A DNA stretch of 64,000 nucleotides from Octopus vulgaris. Its lineage: Eukaryota. Position 1 is the stretch's first letter; each line of letters opens with the position of its first letter. Positions 38,252 through 52,160 of this stretch are shown here, piece by piece. The notes under the pieces are model-generated. The model was not told the origin of the DNA, did not search any database, and worked only from the letters and a program-made list of their open reading frames with translations. The position numbers and the translations under genes are program-made. Where the stretch lies: contig OX597820.1 of NCBI GenBank assembly GCA_951406725.2, positions 27,652,001 to 27,716,000 on the forward strand, in the 5' to 3' direction.

Positions 38252-38995
38252 ATATATTTATATATATATAAATGTATGTGTAAGTATGTATGTGTGTATA
38301 TATCTATATATGCATGTCTGTATCTACGTACATATGCCTTCATATGCATGTAGGCGTAGGTGATCGTGGACATACACACACGCATATATGTGTGTATGAC
38401 TATCTCTCTCCCGACTCTTTCTGTCTCTAAGAATACTCATACACACACACACACACACACAGACACACATAGACACACAGACACAAACTGACAGACAGAC
38501 ACGCGCACAAACACATCCATACACACACAAACACACATGCAAACAGACACATGAACGCACAAACATATCCTTAAAATTGTTCAGACGCAAATGCATAAAA
38601 AAAGCGTTGGAGCACAACGTAATATTATTAACGGAAATATTTGCAGTTGTTGTACCAGCGGCAACAGCAACAGCAGCGGCAGCAGCAGCAGCAGCAGCAT
38701 GAGCAGCAGCAGTAGTAGTAGTTAGTAGTAGTAGTGTAAGAGGAATAAAGAGAAGGCATAACAACGCGAACAAGAGCAAAATAGAAAAAAACTAATGTGA
38801 TTTTGTTACGTTATGACCGAGACCTTTAAAGTTACTTGAAAGCAGTCAGGCGAGTATATCTACGCATGTCAATGTGCATATGTGTATGCATAAGCGTGTG
38901 AATGTATTCGTGTGGGCGAGGTTAGGAGCTTAGGCATGTCCGTTGAAAAGCATAAGAACTAACTATATGTATATATACTGATATCTGTTCGGTAT

Positions 38996-39101
<106 letters not shown>

Positions 39102-39104
39102 AAG

Positions 39105-39315
39105 TTAATCCAAACATGAAAACACCAAGAGAAGACAGAACAACGCGAGGACGTGGAACAAATATAGTATTATTGGGCGCTCAGGAAGGAAGGGAAGAAG
39201 GAGGGCTTTACGTTTCGTGCGGAGTTCTTCGTCAGAAACATAGGAAAAGGAAAGATCCAGAGAAGGGAAGATGGTGGAAAAAAAATCGCCAACGGTACAC
39301 ACGCGGTCACATTTT
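39105..39315 (-). mobile_element. Family X copy with intact HHR core (39205-39239)
   Basis: gttt-CTGACGA-A-gaac tcc gcac-GAAAC-GTA-aagc. Confidence 0.8.
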
Positions 39316-39317
39316 GA

Positions 39318-39355
<38 letters not shown>

Positions 39356-39611
39356 CATGCGCGTTAATAACGAACAATAAGAATGAGTGCTCAATATCGC
39401 ATCGGGGGATAAAATTTCTATATCTATGGAGAAAAGCTACCATATGTTTCATGTTTTTCCTTCTCTTAAAAATTACCAGACCTACTGCATGGAATATCGA
39501 TACTTGACTCCATCTTCCACTTACATAAAAACTTTGGTAGCCTTTACCTCTCCTCCCTATATTTACATAATATATATACATCTATATCTATATATTCTTT
39601 TATTCTTACAT

Positions 39612-40080
39612 TCATCTACTTGTTTCAGTCACCAGACTGCGGCCATGCTGGGGCAATACCTTGAAAAATCTCAGTTGAATAAATCGACTCCAGTACTTTT
39701 TGAAAGCCTTGTACTTATTCAATTGGTCTGTATCTCGAACTGCTAAGTTACGGGGACATTATCGGCCTGTATCTCGAACTGCTAAGTTACGGGGACATAA
39801 GCAAATCAACACTATTTATGAAGTGGCGGTGGGACAAGCAAACATATACACTTACACACAACACATACACACACACACACACACACACGTACGCACATAC
39901 ACACACACGCACACACGCACACAACACAAACTGTGTGGTATAAGTTAGCTTCCTAACGAAATTGTTCCGGGTTCAGTTCCACTGCGTGTCACCTTCGGCA
40001 AGTCAATTCTAATATAGCCTCGGGTCGACCAAAGCTTTGTGAGTGGATTTAGTAGACGGAGACTGAAGAAGCCCGTCGTA
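39612..40080. mobile_element. SINE family A tail (-) and head (+) on either side of a CA tract
   Basis: Tail 39612-39850 with an internal 39-bp tandem duplication; head 39931-40080. Confidence 0.75.
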
Positions 40081-40121
40081 TCTTATCTAAATTATCTATT
40101 GCTTAACCATCTTCTCACACT

Positions 40122-40169
40122 GTCTTCGACGAAGTGATATAATAAATATCTCAGAAACAGCAGTAAAAT
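40122..40169 (+). ncRNA. Degenerate hammerhead motif
   Basis: gtct-TCGACGA-ag-tgata..tatctca-GAAAC-agca-GTA. Confidence 0.4.
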
Positions 40170-40517
40170 CATCTATTTATAAATGTTCTAAAATCAACAC
40201 AGCCTTGGTATTTTTTCTCATCATGGAAAAATTTATATATATATATTACATATACATACATACATTTGTGTATATATATATATATATATGTATTATGTAT
40301 GCATGTATAACATTAATATAAACAACAATTTTCAATGTTTCATCAAAAAGGAGAGTTATAATTATCACTAATTATGACCAGGGTGTCAAGAAACACCTAC
40401 ATTGCTAGAATTACGATAAAAATGCTCTAATACTGTAGTTAACGCATATGAATGAAAACATATACACTAACAGTGACCTGAATCATCCGAAAAATGCCGA
40501 TCGAGGATTTTAATATT

Positions 40518-40552
40518 GACGTCAGTTTCGGCAATTTCCTTTGCCTCATCAG
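40518..40552 (-). ncRNA. Perfect hammerhead core within inverted-repeat element 40375-40822
   Basis: CTGATGA-ggca aaggaaat tgcc-GAAAC-tgac-GTC; no adjacent stem I pairing. Confidence 0.6.
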
Positions 40553-40981
40553 TTAGACCCGCACGATTTCAGCTTTATTGGGTGTGCTTCTCTATTAGTA
40601 TATATGTTTTCGTCATCCAAACTGATGGAAGATTTAGCGTATCGCTAATGCGTATACATAAAATATAAGCAGAAGTTTGCAATTATAATTGTCACCAAAT
40701 GTGACTAGAGTGTTAAGAAGCATCTAATTTGCTAGAAATACGAGCTAAAATGCTCTAATGCTGCAGTTAACTACAGTATCGTATTTCTAGCAATGTCGGT
40801 GTGTCCCAACGTCCTGGTCACACATACACAGACATATATGGGCTTCTTCCAGTTTCCGTCTATCAAATCCACTCACAAGGCTTTGGTTGGCCTGAGGCTA
40901 TAGAAAACACTCTAGCCCACACTACTACATAATGAGATTGAAATCAGAACCATGTGGATGGAGAGCAAGAACCACTCATAC

Positions 40982-41039
<58 letters not shown>

Positions 41040-41413
41040 TACCTCAGTTCTAATTGTATATATTGATCGTTACTTTCCATAAAAAGTTAAGGAGATAGAC
41101 AAAGTATATGTTGTCTTTACTTCAGTATCGAAGTTACTAAAATTATCATGAAGACTCTGCCTGCCACTGATTTTTTATCTTTATTGGGTAAGTTTTAATT
41201 TATAGACTAGTTTATCAAATTTCCCACTTCTTGGAGATTTTAGGTATCATTATACTAATGTGTCCTTCTGTTCTAATTTAATTAACTTCTATGTTTTTGT
41301 GCAGCTGAAGATTGGTCAACATTTTAAATTGATGTAATGATTGCATTTTTCAATTAAATGGAGTTGCAGGAAACCTCTGGATATCCTTGTTGTTTAGGTA
41401 TAAACAAAATTTA

Positions 41414-41642
41414 GGTTAGTTCAAATATGTTTGTCAAATAATTCAACTACTAATATGCAAATACACTCCAGTTACCGTGGAGAAAAATCTCTGTTATGAC
41501 AAGAGTCAAAACCTCATGTCTGGGATTCCTAACAAATGGCGACTATGAACGAGCTGCGTGTTTTCACACCTTTTTACCAAAATAGAGATTATTCTCCACG
41601 GTAACTGCAGTTGAAAAATGCGACAAAAGTTATTTCAACTAA

Positions 41643-41645
<3 letters not shown>
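41414..41645. repeat. Diverged fold-back element ending in (TA)n
   Basis: aggttagttcaaata..caactac / gcagttg..tatttcaactaacct and cagttaccgtggagaaaaatctct / agagattattctccacggtaactg. Confidence 0.75.
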
Positions 41646-41691
<46 letters not shown>

Positions 41692-42674
41692 TTGTGTGTG
41701 TGTGTGTATGAAGAAATATTTTTTCACATATCATAAATAAACTTTACTGTAAACAGAAAAACAGAAAACAACTTAAGTATTCTCTTTCCATTTGTAATAA
41801 CATGGTTGCTGTCATTGGGTCTCCTTTGAAGAATTAGATTTGGCAGGTAGAATCGGCATTGGAGTAAATATAGGATATACTGAATCAAAATATGTTTAAC
41901 CAAAAGAAGAAATCATATTAACAAAATCATTACTGTTTGCAATAAAATGTTTTACCTTAAGAAATAAATGCAGCTCACTTGAATAAAATGTGCTCGGCAG
42001 CGCAAGAGGTTAGCTGTTAAGATGTGACAATATATGACAAACATCAAATGTGAATGTAAATAATAAAAGAGATAACTAGGAGGTTTACGACCTGAACATG
42101 ACTGGAAAAGAAATTAGAGGTAAGATTATTCAATAAATATATGTAAAATGCAAACATTTAGAATTATGAACGTGCGTTTGAGTGAGTGTGTGTGTCTGCG
42201 TGTGTGTGTGTTTGTGAATGGCAATGAGTGAGATTGTTTGTGTGTCAGATAGAATGTTTATTTTCCCATGTTCCAGTAGAATGTCGTAGCAATGCAGCAA
42301 ACACTTTTGTTCTCAGTAATGGTTCATATATTGTATTAATGCTTCGTATATTAACATCGAATTTGATATTTAGACGACTTAATCTTCCGTCTGTCCATCA
42401 GATTAGATATCAACGACTATGGCTAGGCTACCATCAGCTGTGAATTTGGTGCAAGTGTTCAACTATATCTTTGAAATCCACTTGTTCAGTGCCTCGGAGC
42501 AAACTCAAATTGAAGTTCGTTCGCCACCTGTGATTAGAAGTTGAACTGGCTCGTTTTCATAAAATTGCATTTAGTTCAAACGAGTCAAGAAGCGAGTTTT
42601 TAAACATTTTGGTGAGGGTCAACATTTTTATTAGGCTCAAGCGTCGATCTATATTTGTAAACTTCTCTTTGAAA

Positions 42675-43035
42675 CCTCATAGTTTCGGGTCCAGACACAC
42701 TGCATGGCACCTTGATCGAGACTCTTCCATTATAACTCTTGGCCGACCAATGGCTTGTGAATGAATTTGGTAAACGGAAACTTTGTGGGAGCCCGTTATA
42801 TATGTGTGTATTTGTGGTTTGTGTGTTTGTGTGTTCTTTGTCCTACCACCAGCGCCTCAGAACTGGTTTTGATTTGTATATGTCCCCGTAACTTAATGTT
42901 CCAGCAAAGGGCGCTATTGGATTAAGTACTAGACTTGAAACACAAATATGTACTGGTTCGATTGGCTCTGTTAAATACTCCAAGGTGATACCCCAGCGTA
43001 TCCACAGTCCTACGACTGAGCCAGTAAAAAACTAA
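42675..43035 (+). mobile_element. SINE family A, old
   Basis: ggccgaccaatggcttgtgaatgaatttggtaaacggaaact..tccccgtaactta. Confidence 0.7.
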
Positions 43036-44204
43036 AAGAATTAATGTTTCTATCGAACATTGAAATCAGCGTAAATGTGTTCATTGAGTTTCTTATAATG
43101 TTTATATAACATATTCAACAGAACAGCTAAACGATTAGCAGATGGCAATATGCTGATATCAGAAGACCTCTGTTGAATAATTAGAGTTGCTAGACGATAA
43201 ATGCTTTTGAATAAATGAAGAAAGTTATGAAATGAAATATGCCAGCTGAACAAAGAAATTAAATCAACAAGCAAAATGTGTATGTTGAAAAGAAAATGTT
43301 GCATGCTTCGATGAATTTAAAAGAAAAAAACACGAAATGTTTAAAAGTTTTACGTGAACGATTGAAGACAATTTCACTACGCAGTAGTTCAATATAAAGA
43401 GACATTTGAGGGAAAACATTACTTGAAATACATAGAGAAATTTTAAAACTAGAATATATGATATTCAGCCATGTTGAATAAGAAAGGATATGGATTATCT
43501 GAGCGTAAAACTGACACTAAGGGGAAACTAAAAGACAGATAAAAATTGTAAATGACGCGGCGTATATAAAGAATGTAAGGATGAAAACTCCCATTCATTG
43601 GGTCACCAGTTTACCAGATAGGGAAATAGCCTGTACATATATAGGTTAACTGCGAATACTCAATAAGCAGTCCCGGTAAAAATCATGAGTTGCTTTCGGC
43701 AAGGCATAGCGCCCGTTAGTCACCCTGCCAGGGTCACGGTGGAATCCTTAATCCCCGAAATGCCATTATCATTGGAAAGTCGGACGGTAGTACTGAATGA
43801 ATTGAAAATCATAAAAATTACTTTGTCTTTGGATTTCTTCCTGCTTCACAGAACAAATTGCGTTTTTAATGGAGCAAGAAAAAAATAATGGCTCGTCTAG
43901 GCTCAAAGGTTTACATATATCAGGCTGACAAGACCCATGTCTAAAGACGGTGGCCTAGAAGTCAAGCACCAATGAATAATGTGTGTTATGAATGCCCTAT
44001 CATCATGAAAAGGAGACTTCTGTTCTCCTGTGACGTACACGACAGCCACTAGCATATTTTCCATTCGAATCGGCCGGAAAGTATTAACAATAGATATGCA
44101 TATCAGCGTTTAAAACGTTGCTGTAAACAGTGCAACTAACTATAGATATGTACACACACATGCGCACACATATACGTATACACAAAATATACACACACAC
44201 ACAC

Positions 44205-44390
44205 AAATTTACAGAGAAACGAAAAACAAAGATGGGTGTATGAACAACAAGCAAGTGTAGTAGTCTCACGCTTCGGAAAGTGAGAAAGTCTTTTACATTT
44301 CAAGCCTTCGCTCTCCAACAGAAAGGAATGAGAGAAAAATAAAAAGAGAGAGAATAAAAAAACTCGTGGATTTAACGGTCAAGCACGATG
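44205..44390 (-). mobile_element. Short HHR-like repeat family Y (also 49199-49372 +, tail 30640-30705 +)
   Basis: cttt-CTGTTGG-a-gagc gaag gctt-GAAAT-GTA-aaag at 44290-44325. Confidence 0.6.
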
Positions 44391-44671
44391 TTCATACATA
44401 TCTACATACAAACAAATAAATACACATATTTATACAAAAGTAGGATAAAATAACGTCAAAATATATACAAGGTAAGAAAAACATGAATATAGATTTCTTC
44501 GAACCAAAATTCAATTTTGCGATTTCTTGAAGAATATTTCTCAAATTTGAAACTTGAGTCGACTTGTATAACTTCAAAATTAATTGCCAGTGTTGATACA
44601 TATGCTAATCATGAATACTTGTAGCCATTCATCGATCGATCCATCCATACATACATATATATGTGTGTGTG

Positions 44672-44723
<52 letters not shown>

Positions 44724-44777
44724 TAGACATATATAAGATATATATATATATATTTATTATATAATATATACACACAC

Positions 44778-44819
<42 letters not shown>

Positions 44820-45160
44820 TATGTATGTATGTATGTATGTATGTATACGCATACAGTCACACAAATATCACCATCTCAGATGATAGCGTCTTCTTTAAGA
44901 GACAATTACATTATTTTCTTGAAGAGTCTTTCTGTTATAAATTGCAAGGGCAAAATGCTTTATATCCGTAATTAAATGAACAGGATGCAGGGAGGACGAG
45001 ATGGCGGTTAAGCATGTTTTTATGCGCAATTCGAAACAAGGAAACTGTTTTTAAGTTTTTCGATAACATTATACTAAAACACCAGTAGCAATTTTCTAAG
45101 GAGTACACTTTTGAAGTGGTTTGCCTAACCTGTTTATTCTTAATCTGTACATTATATTAT

Positions 45161-45221
<61 letters not shown>

Positions 45222-45398
45222 CATGCGCACTCATAGATTTATTCTTCCATGCAAGAATGGTTACACACACACACAAACACATACATTTTTACATTAAGGG
45301 CTGTTACTATAAATAAAGCCACATGCTGAAAGGATAAAATCTGATATAGATTTTTATCCTTATATTTAATTGATACATACATACACACACGCACGCAT

Positions 45399-45467
<69 letters not shown>

Positions 45468-45599
45468 CGTACATATATATATATATATATATACACATAT
45501 GTATAAACACTGATAGATTTTATGCTTGCATGCAAGGATGTTTACACTCACCTCCACACATATATGTATATAATACACATACATTTACACATACATACG

Positions 45600-45677
<78 letters not shown>

Positions 45678-45708
45678 GGGAGAGAGAGAGAGAGATGGGG
45701 AGATAGAT

Positions 45709-45747
<39 letters not shown>

Positions 45748-47020
45748 CATACATACATACATACATACATATAATGAAGTTATTTCTAAATATGTGGAAC
45801 TTCCTACTTCGCTATCTACAGTATTGTTTCCTTAAGTAGATGCATTCTATAAGAACTTTAACACACTCACTTTAGTAATGGGACCCGATGAAAATAAAAT
45901 AAATAAAATTCTTCTAACTGCGATACAATTGATAATATTATTGCTAAAGATACTTTTATATTTTATTTCTAGAATAATTTCATTGATAATTCGTACTTGG
46001 CGATGCAAATGAAATATAACAAAAATGACATCTACAAATATGGAAGCATTTTACATGTCATATCTGTTTTCCGTAAGTACATATGCGCTTTTGTGGTTTG
46101 TGCATCTGTGAGTATTCAATCTTATCAATTGAACATATTTATTATGATAAGGATGATGTGTGGATAAAAGTTTCTATTATGTATGTTTTCTCCGTAAATA
46201 TAGGCTATAGGCGTTACGTGTGTATTCGCGCATGAGGCGTGTGCGTATTTTCTTGCTAGAAGCTGATCGCACCCATCTGCTTTTGTTTTCGTTGAACTCG
46301 ATATAAAAGATTGACAACAAACAGGAGGGTGTAAAGGAACATACTGAAGCGATAGCAAACGAGAAATAACCGAAAAAGAATGATGCCAAAATGATGCATT
46401 CTATCAGAAATAAAAACACCCACAGAACGAGAAAGAGGAAGACAGAGAGCGACAGAGTAAGAGATAGAGAAGGAGCGAGAGAGGGAAAGGTAGAGATAAG
46501 GGAAAAGCGATAATAGGAAATATTTATTGGATTCAGTAAATTATCTAGTTTAATCAGAGGAAAAGATATTTTTTGCAAGAGAAATACGTGCGCACGCACG
46601 CACGCACACATATTTGGGAGGAATGTGGAAACATGTCTAAGAGGTAAGCTGAAGAAATATTAAAAGTGATTTTAACGGAAAGAGATTGGGGCAAAAAGCA
46701 CGTACCTAGCCGGGAAAATAAGTGATAGGATTAATGAGAGATAAATGTTTTGAGCGAGATTGTGCTAGTTCAATAATGGTAAGTGAATTACAAAGGGGAA
46801 ATCGACGTTAGAAGTTACAAACAGAAGGCGAAGAACCGAGAATGTTTTATGGAGAGTGTTGTGCATTGTAACCTTATTTAGAGAAGTAAATACGTGAGAA
46901 TAGTTTGACTGAAAGAGAAAAAAGAAAACACAGAAAGGGAGAGGTAGCGATGAAGATATATATATATAATATATATGCATGTATGTGTGTGGGTATATAT
47001 ATCTATGCAAGTATGTGTGT

Positions 47021-47059
<39 letters not shown>

Positions 47060-47063
47060 TGTG

Positions 47064-47110
<47 letters not shown>

Positions 47111-47539
47111 ATGTGCCTACATATAAGTAAATTGCCTAGCATATCTTCCTTTTTGTACAGGTTAGTAGAATAAGAGTGTTTTGGAGTAATTATCTATTGT
47201 TCAATACACATTCTAGAGCGAGAATACAAAAATGAATGAATAAATAAATAAATAAATAAAAGGGTTAAGTATTCTCTTCTATATTTTTGTTCCACGTTTA
47301 AAAGAATATTACTTTCTCCATCATGCGTAGACGCACCTTTCGATATATATATCTTTTTTTTTATATCTTATCAACAGAGCTTATGCAATTAGTGAATTTA
47401 CGTTAGTTCTTTAAGTTGTGAATATATGGTTTATTGTAAAATAAAGCAAATATAAATGAATAAATAAATGAAACACAAGAGCTGTCAGAGAAATGATATT
47501 TTTTTAACAATCTAGTATTTGTCAAAATGTAGATATATA

Positions 47540-48600
47540 TCGCCGGACGAGTTCATTGAATTTAGCAAATAATTTTACTTAGTAAGGATGTGGGTTTTTT
47601 TTTTATACTTCTTTTATTTTTCAAAATTACAATAAACAAAGATCTTTTTTAAACTAAAATATACTCTCCTACATTTTCTACAATGCTCTTCCATTTATCT
47701 GGTATACTTGCAAAACCACTCTTTAAAATTCATTTTTCCGTGGCAAAAAATATTCTCCTGTATTGTTCTGGCCTCGTCTAGAGAATTCATATTTTTTCCG
47801 TCCAAATGATTTTGAAGATTGTGGAATAAATGATAATCAGATATGGTAATACACGGTGAATATGGTGGGTGGGGCATTGCTTCCCATTCAAACTGCTCCA
47901 GTCTTTAGAATGTTATCCTCGCAGTATGTTGTCGAGCATTATCCTGATCGATGAATACCTTTCGACTTGAAATCAAAGATGGTTGTATTACTTCTAGCTC
48001 TGACTTAAGCCGCTCAAGCTACTCGCAGTAGATCTCCTTTGTTATTGTTTGCTTTGGGTTTAAAAGTTCAAAGTGGATTAACCTTTCATATCCCATTGTC
48101 TTCGGCGCTTGCCATTTTTATAGAGAACCCATTTCTCATCACCAGTCACTATTCGGACCAAAAAAGGTTCATTCGTGAGACGTGACAGGAAAGAAGGGCA
48201 CACATTTACTCTCTGGCGTGATTAAACTCGGAAAGTTTATTAGGAACCCATTCACGCCATTTGCTGACTTTTCCGATGGCACGAAGGTGTCGATGAATGG
48301 TTGGATAAATTAATCCAAACTTCTCTGCCAGTTTCGCAACAGTTACGATTGGAGTTTGTTACACCAGGTTTTGCAGGACGTCTTCAACGAGCTCTTCAAA
48401 TCTTCTAGGACGAGGCTTATCTTCTAGGCTGTAGATTCTGGCTGTGAATTTCTGGAACCACTTGAAAAATGAGTGTTAAAATTGAACTGCACTCTTCAAA
48501 ACTTGCAGTAAGAATAATTACAAAGTGAAAAAGCTACCTGCTTTTATAGCAAGTTCATGCAGTTATCCCGTCCCCCTCCGACTTTCAGTTCATGCAACCG
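47540..48600 (-). mobile_element. Decayed mariner transposon
   Basis: MPHPPYSPCITISDYHLFHNLQNHLDGK; LEDKPRPRR; VTGDEKWVLYKN; QDNARQHTA. Confidence 0.85.
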
Positions 48601-48769
48601 CTTTATTTATTAGATTACCATGGCTACCGAATAATTGTCACATATTACATTTACAGATATATATATATAGATATATGTATATGTATATATATATATATAC
48701 ATATACAGATATCTATATATATATATATATATAGATATATGTATATGTATATATATATATATCTTTATC

Positions 48770-49176
48770 TTTCTTCTTTTACTTGTTTCAGTCATTTCAC
48801 TGCGGCCATGCTGGAGCACCGCCTTTAGTCGAGCAAATCGACCCCGGGACTTATTCTTTGTAAGCACAGTACTTATTCTATCGGTCTCTTTTGCAGAACC
48901 GCTAAGTGACGGGGACGTAAACACACCAGCATCGGTTGTCAAGCAATGCTAGGGGGACAAACACACAAACACACACACATACACACACACATATATATAT
49001 ATATACATATATACGACAGGCTTCTTTCAGTTTCCATCTACCAAATCCACTCACAAGGCATTGGTCGGCCCGGGGCTATAACAGAAGACACTTGCCCAAG
49101 ATGCCACGCAGTGGGACTGAACCCGGAGCCATGTGGTTGGTTAGCAAGCTACTTACCACATAGCCACTCCTGCGCC
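48770..49176 (-). mobile_element. SINE family A full-length
   Basis: Reverse complement of 21881-22305. Confidence 0.92.
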
Positions 49177-49198
49177 TATATATATATATATATATATA

Positions 49199-49372
49199 CA
49201 TTTTTCTCTCTCCTTGTTTCTCTCCTTGTTTTCTGTGTCCCTTTCTGTAGAAGAGCGTTGGCTCGAAGCGTAAAATACTTTTTCTATTCCTGAGCGTTAT
49301 ACTAATACATCTGTTTGTTTTGTACACCACCTGTCTTCGTCTTTTGTTTTTTTCCGTAAACTCTCCCTATAT
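49199..49372 (+). mobile_element. Family Y copy between TA tracts
   Basis: cttt-CTGTAGA-A-gagc gttg gctc-GAAGC-GTA-aaat at 49241-49276. Confidence 0.7.
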
Positions 49373-49376
49373 ATAT

Positions 49377-49678
49377 ATGGCCCAGTGGTTAGGGTAGCGG
49401 ACTCGCGGTCGTAGGATCGCGGTTTCGATTCCCAGACCGGGCGTTGTGAGTATTTATTGAGCGAAAACACCTAAAGCTCCTCGAGGCTCCGGTAGGGGGT
49501 GGTGGCAATCCCTGCTGTACGCTTTCGCCACAACTTTTTCTCACTCTTTCTTCTCTTGGCCTGCTCGCTTAGCCAGCGGGGTGGCGTCATTTGAAGGCTA
49601 AAACAATGCGAAGCGCATTGTGACCAGCGATATGTAGCAACATCTGATAGCCTGGTCGGTCACGGTGATCACGGTGAT
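49377..49678 (+). mobile_element. SINE-like family D with tail type 2
   Basis: TGGCCCAGTGG A-box, GTTTCGATTCC B-box; tail ggcctgctcgcttagcc..(cacggtgat)x2. Confidence 0.85.
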
Positions 49679-49699
49679 ATATATATATATATATATATA

Positions 49700-49900
49700 T
49701 GTGACCTCGTGAGTACCACTGGCGGTTTTTTTCCTCTGTCTTCCCTTCTCGGGATCTTTCCTTCTCCTATGTTTCCAACGAAGAGCTCCGCTCGAAACGT
49801 TAAACCCTCCTTCTTCCCTTCTTTCCTGAGTGTCCAATAATACTTTATTTGTTCCACGTCCTTGCGTTGTTGTGTTTTTTTTATTTCTTTTTTGGATTAC
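49700..49900 (+). mobile_element. Family X copy (HHR motif 49771-49805)
   Basis: gttt-CCAACGA-A-gagc tcc gctc-GAAAC-GTT-aaac. Confidence 0.85.
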
Positions 49901-49903
49901 CTT

Positions 49904-49982
<79 letters not shown>

Positions 49983-51112
49983 CTATGTATGTAAGTATGT
50001 ATATATGTAGGTACATATGTATGTATTATAGAAAGTTGCCATTATCAAAATGTGAATGAATATGTATTGTCCAAAGACTGATACAAGACCCAATTAATTC
50101 TGTGCAGTTATATATGTATACCTTTGTTAACCGCCTGGGGTGTGGATCGAGCCGTTGACCGTGCAATATGAACGGTAGGGCATTAGCCCGTCCCTCCTAT
50201 GGCCCCTAAATCTTGCCAGTCAATGGGGGTATTGGTTCAGTGTGCCGAATGAATGCATTGGAGAAATGGTTGAAGGCTGTCGAGAGATTATTGGAAATAT
50301 GACAAAGTAATTCAGCGAAGAGTATAAGGCATTCATTAAAAGGTTACAATGACCTCAGCTTCGTTTGCCAGCCGGTTGATATCAATTTAATGCCGCAGGG
50401 ACTTTTTAATCACTCTTTATATCATGAAGTTCCGTGAAATGTTAATTGCTCTTTTAATGATAGCAGTACATCTTGTATTTATAATGTCTCATTGTATACG
50501 TTTTATAAACAATAAATCTGTTAGTAGAGACTATAATGTAGCTGGATATTTCTCTTTTATGTCTTTTGAAGAACGTTAATTTCGCACTAATTACTGGGAT
50601 CAAAGATAGCTATATACTATAAACTACATCATTACCTGTTTATATATCTTGCTATTCACTATGTTTTCCTACATCTTAATTTATGACTAAGTACACAAAG
50701 AAGTAGCAAGATATAAAGCAGACTGCATTTTCGCGAAATATTATTGCTTTGTTTGGTCATGAAGTTTACACTTATGCAGACGATAGTATGAATTATTAGT
50801 AATTGTTTGTAAGAGTTGTTCCAGTAATAGTATATTACTTTAAGTGTGTGAACAAATTGCGATAATCGAAACACTCAACATAAACTGCAAACCTTACTCT
50901 TATCAATTAACTTCCTTGTCTAATATTACTCATTCGAAAAACGATAATATTAATAATAAGAGAAACAAGAATAAGAATAAAAATAATCATAGCGTTTTCT
51001 GTATTAGTTATACGATGTGGACGTCATGTATGAAAGAAAAAGAGATTTTAAAGACATGGAGGTTAGGACAGAAAAGTTGCATACGGCAGATGGGTGTGAT
51101 AAAAGACGTCAT

Positions 51113-51152
<40 letters not shown>

Positions 51153-51999
51153 AATATATTCACATACACATACATATATATATATATATACATATATTTA
51201 TGCATACATACATATACACATACACAAGCACATATCTGAAGAAAGAAAAATTCACCCAAGTAAAATTTATACAGATATAAAAAAGAAATAGGAAGAAATA
51301 TATAAAATTAAACTTCCACTTGCGTTGATTACGTTACCTGAGTTTCTGATTACGCTTTCACTCTACTAACCACAATTACTCTTCAGAACTGGGGATTCCA
51401 ATCCCTTCCACAGGGAGGTCTGGATTTTCATTTAAAATTGATAAAGTTACTTCGTCCGGATCGTTGGCATATATCGCTTCCTAACCTCTCTTCGATGGAG
51501 GGCTTTTAGTTTTCATGGCTCGCTCCTCATAGTGAGAAGAGCGGATCTCGATTTGGAAACCAAAGACGTTTGTTTAATACAATCATCAAAGGAACGATAC
51601 AACAGATGATACGCTACAGGTTTTGTCCGTTTAGACTTTTTTGGCAGAAAGTATTTAGATGAAATTTGTTTGCACATATATAATACCTTGGATACCTTCT
51701 CTAGGCGCTGAGATCTAATAGCTTCCTCTCAGTACCCTCTACTGGACACCGTTTTGGCACTGTTTTCTCGTCACACGAAGAATTGTATGGCAACAAACAA
51801 CATATTACCGAATATTGCATCTACGGATTTCCTCACATTTTGTCACAAAGGTGACTTGTTGCCATGGATTCACATCTTCATCGATATTCATAATTATCAA
51901 ATTTAGCAGCAACATCAGCAGCAGCAGATTATAGCAGATGTCTCGCCTATTATTCGCACTTGGAACTTCGCCCAGCCTTCTGTTTTATAAACATTTCAA

Positions 52000-52160
52000 A
52001 TTTCGGCACAAGGCCCGCATTGCTCAACTAGTACTCATCTTATCAACTTCAGAAGGATGAAAGTTAATGTCAATCTTGGCAGAATTTGAACTCAGAATAT
52101 AAGGAGCCGAAAAGAATGCTTCGCAGCATTTCTTCTTACGCGCTAACGGTACTGCCAGCC
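52000..52160 (-). mobile_element. SINE family B, diverged
   Basis: gaaggatgaaagttaatgtcaatcttggcagaatttgaactcagaa. Confidence 0.65.

Noticed and set aside
38653-38735. Poly-Ala/Gln coding tract
   Set aside because: Short (CAG)/(TAG) microsatellite within a microsatellite-derived ORF.
47315-47380. Hammerhead-like CTGTTGA..GAAAG..GTC on - strand
   Set aside because: Stems I and III do not pair; could be chance in AT-rich sequence.
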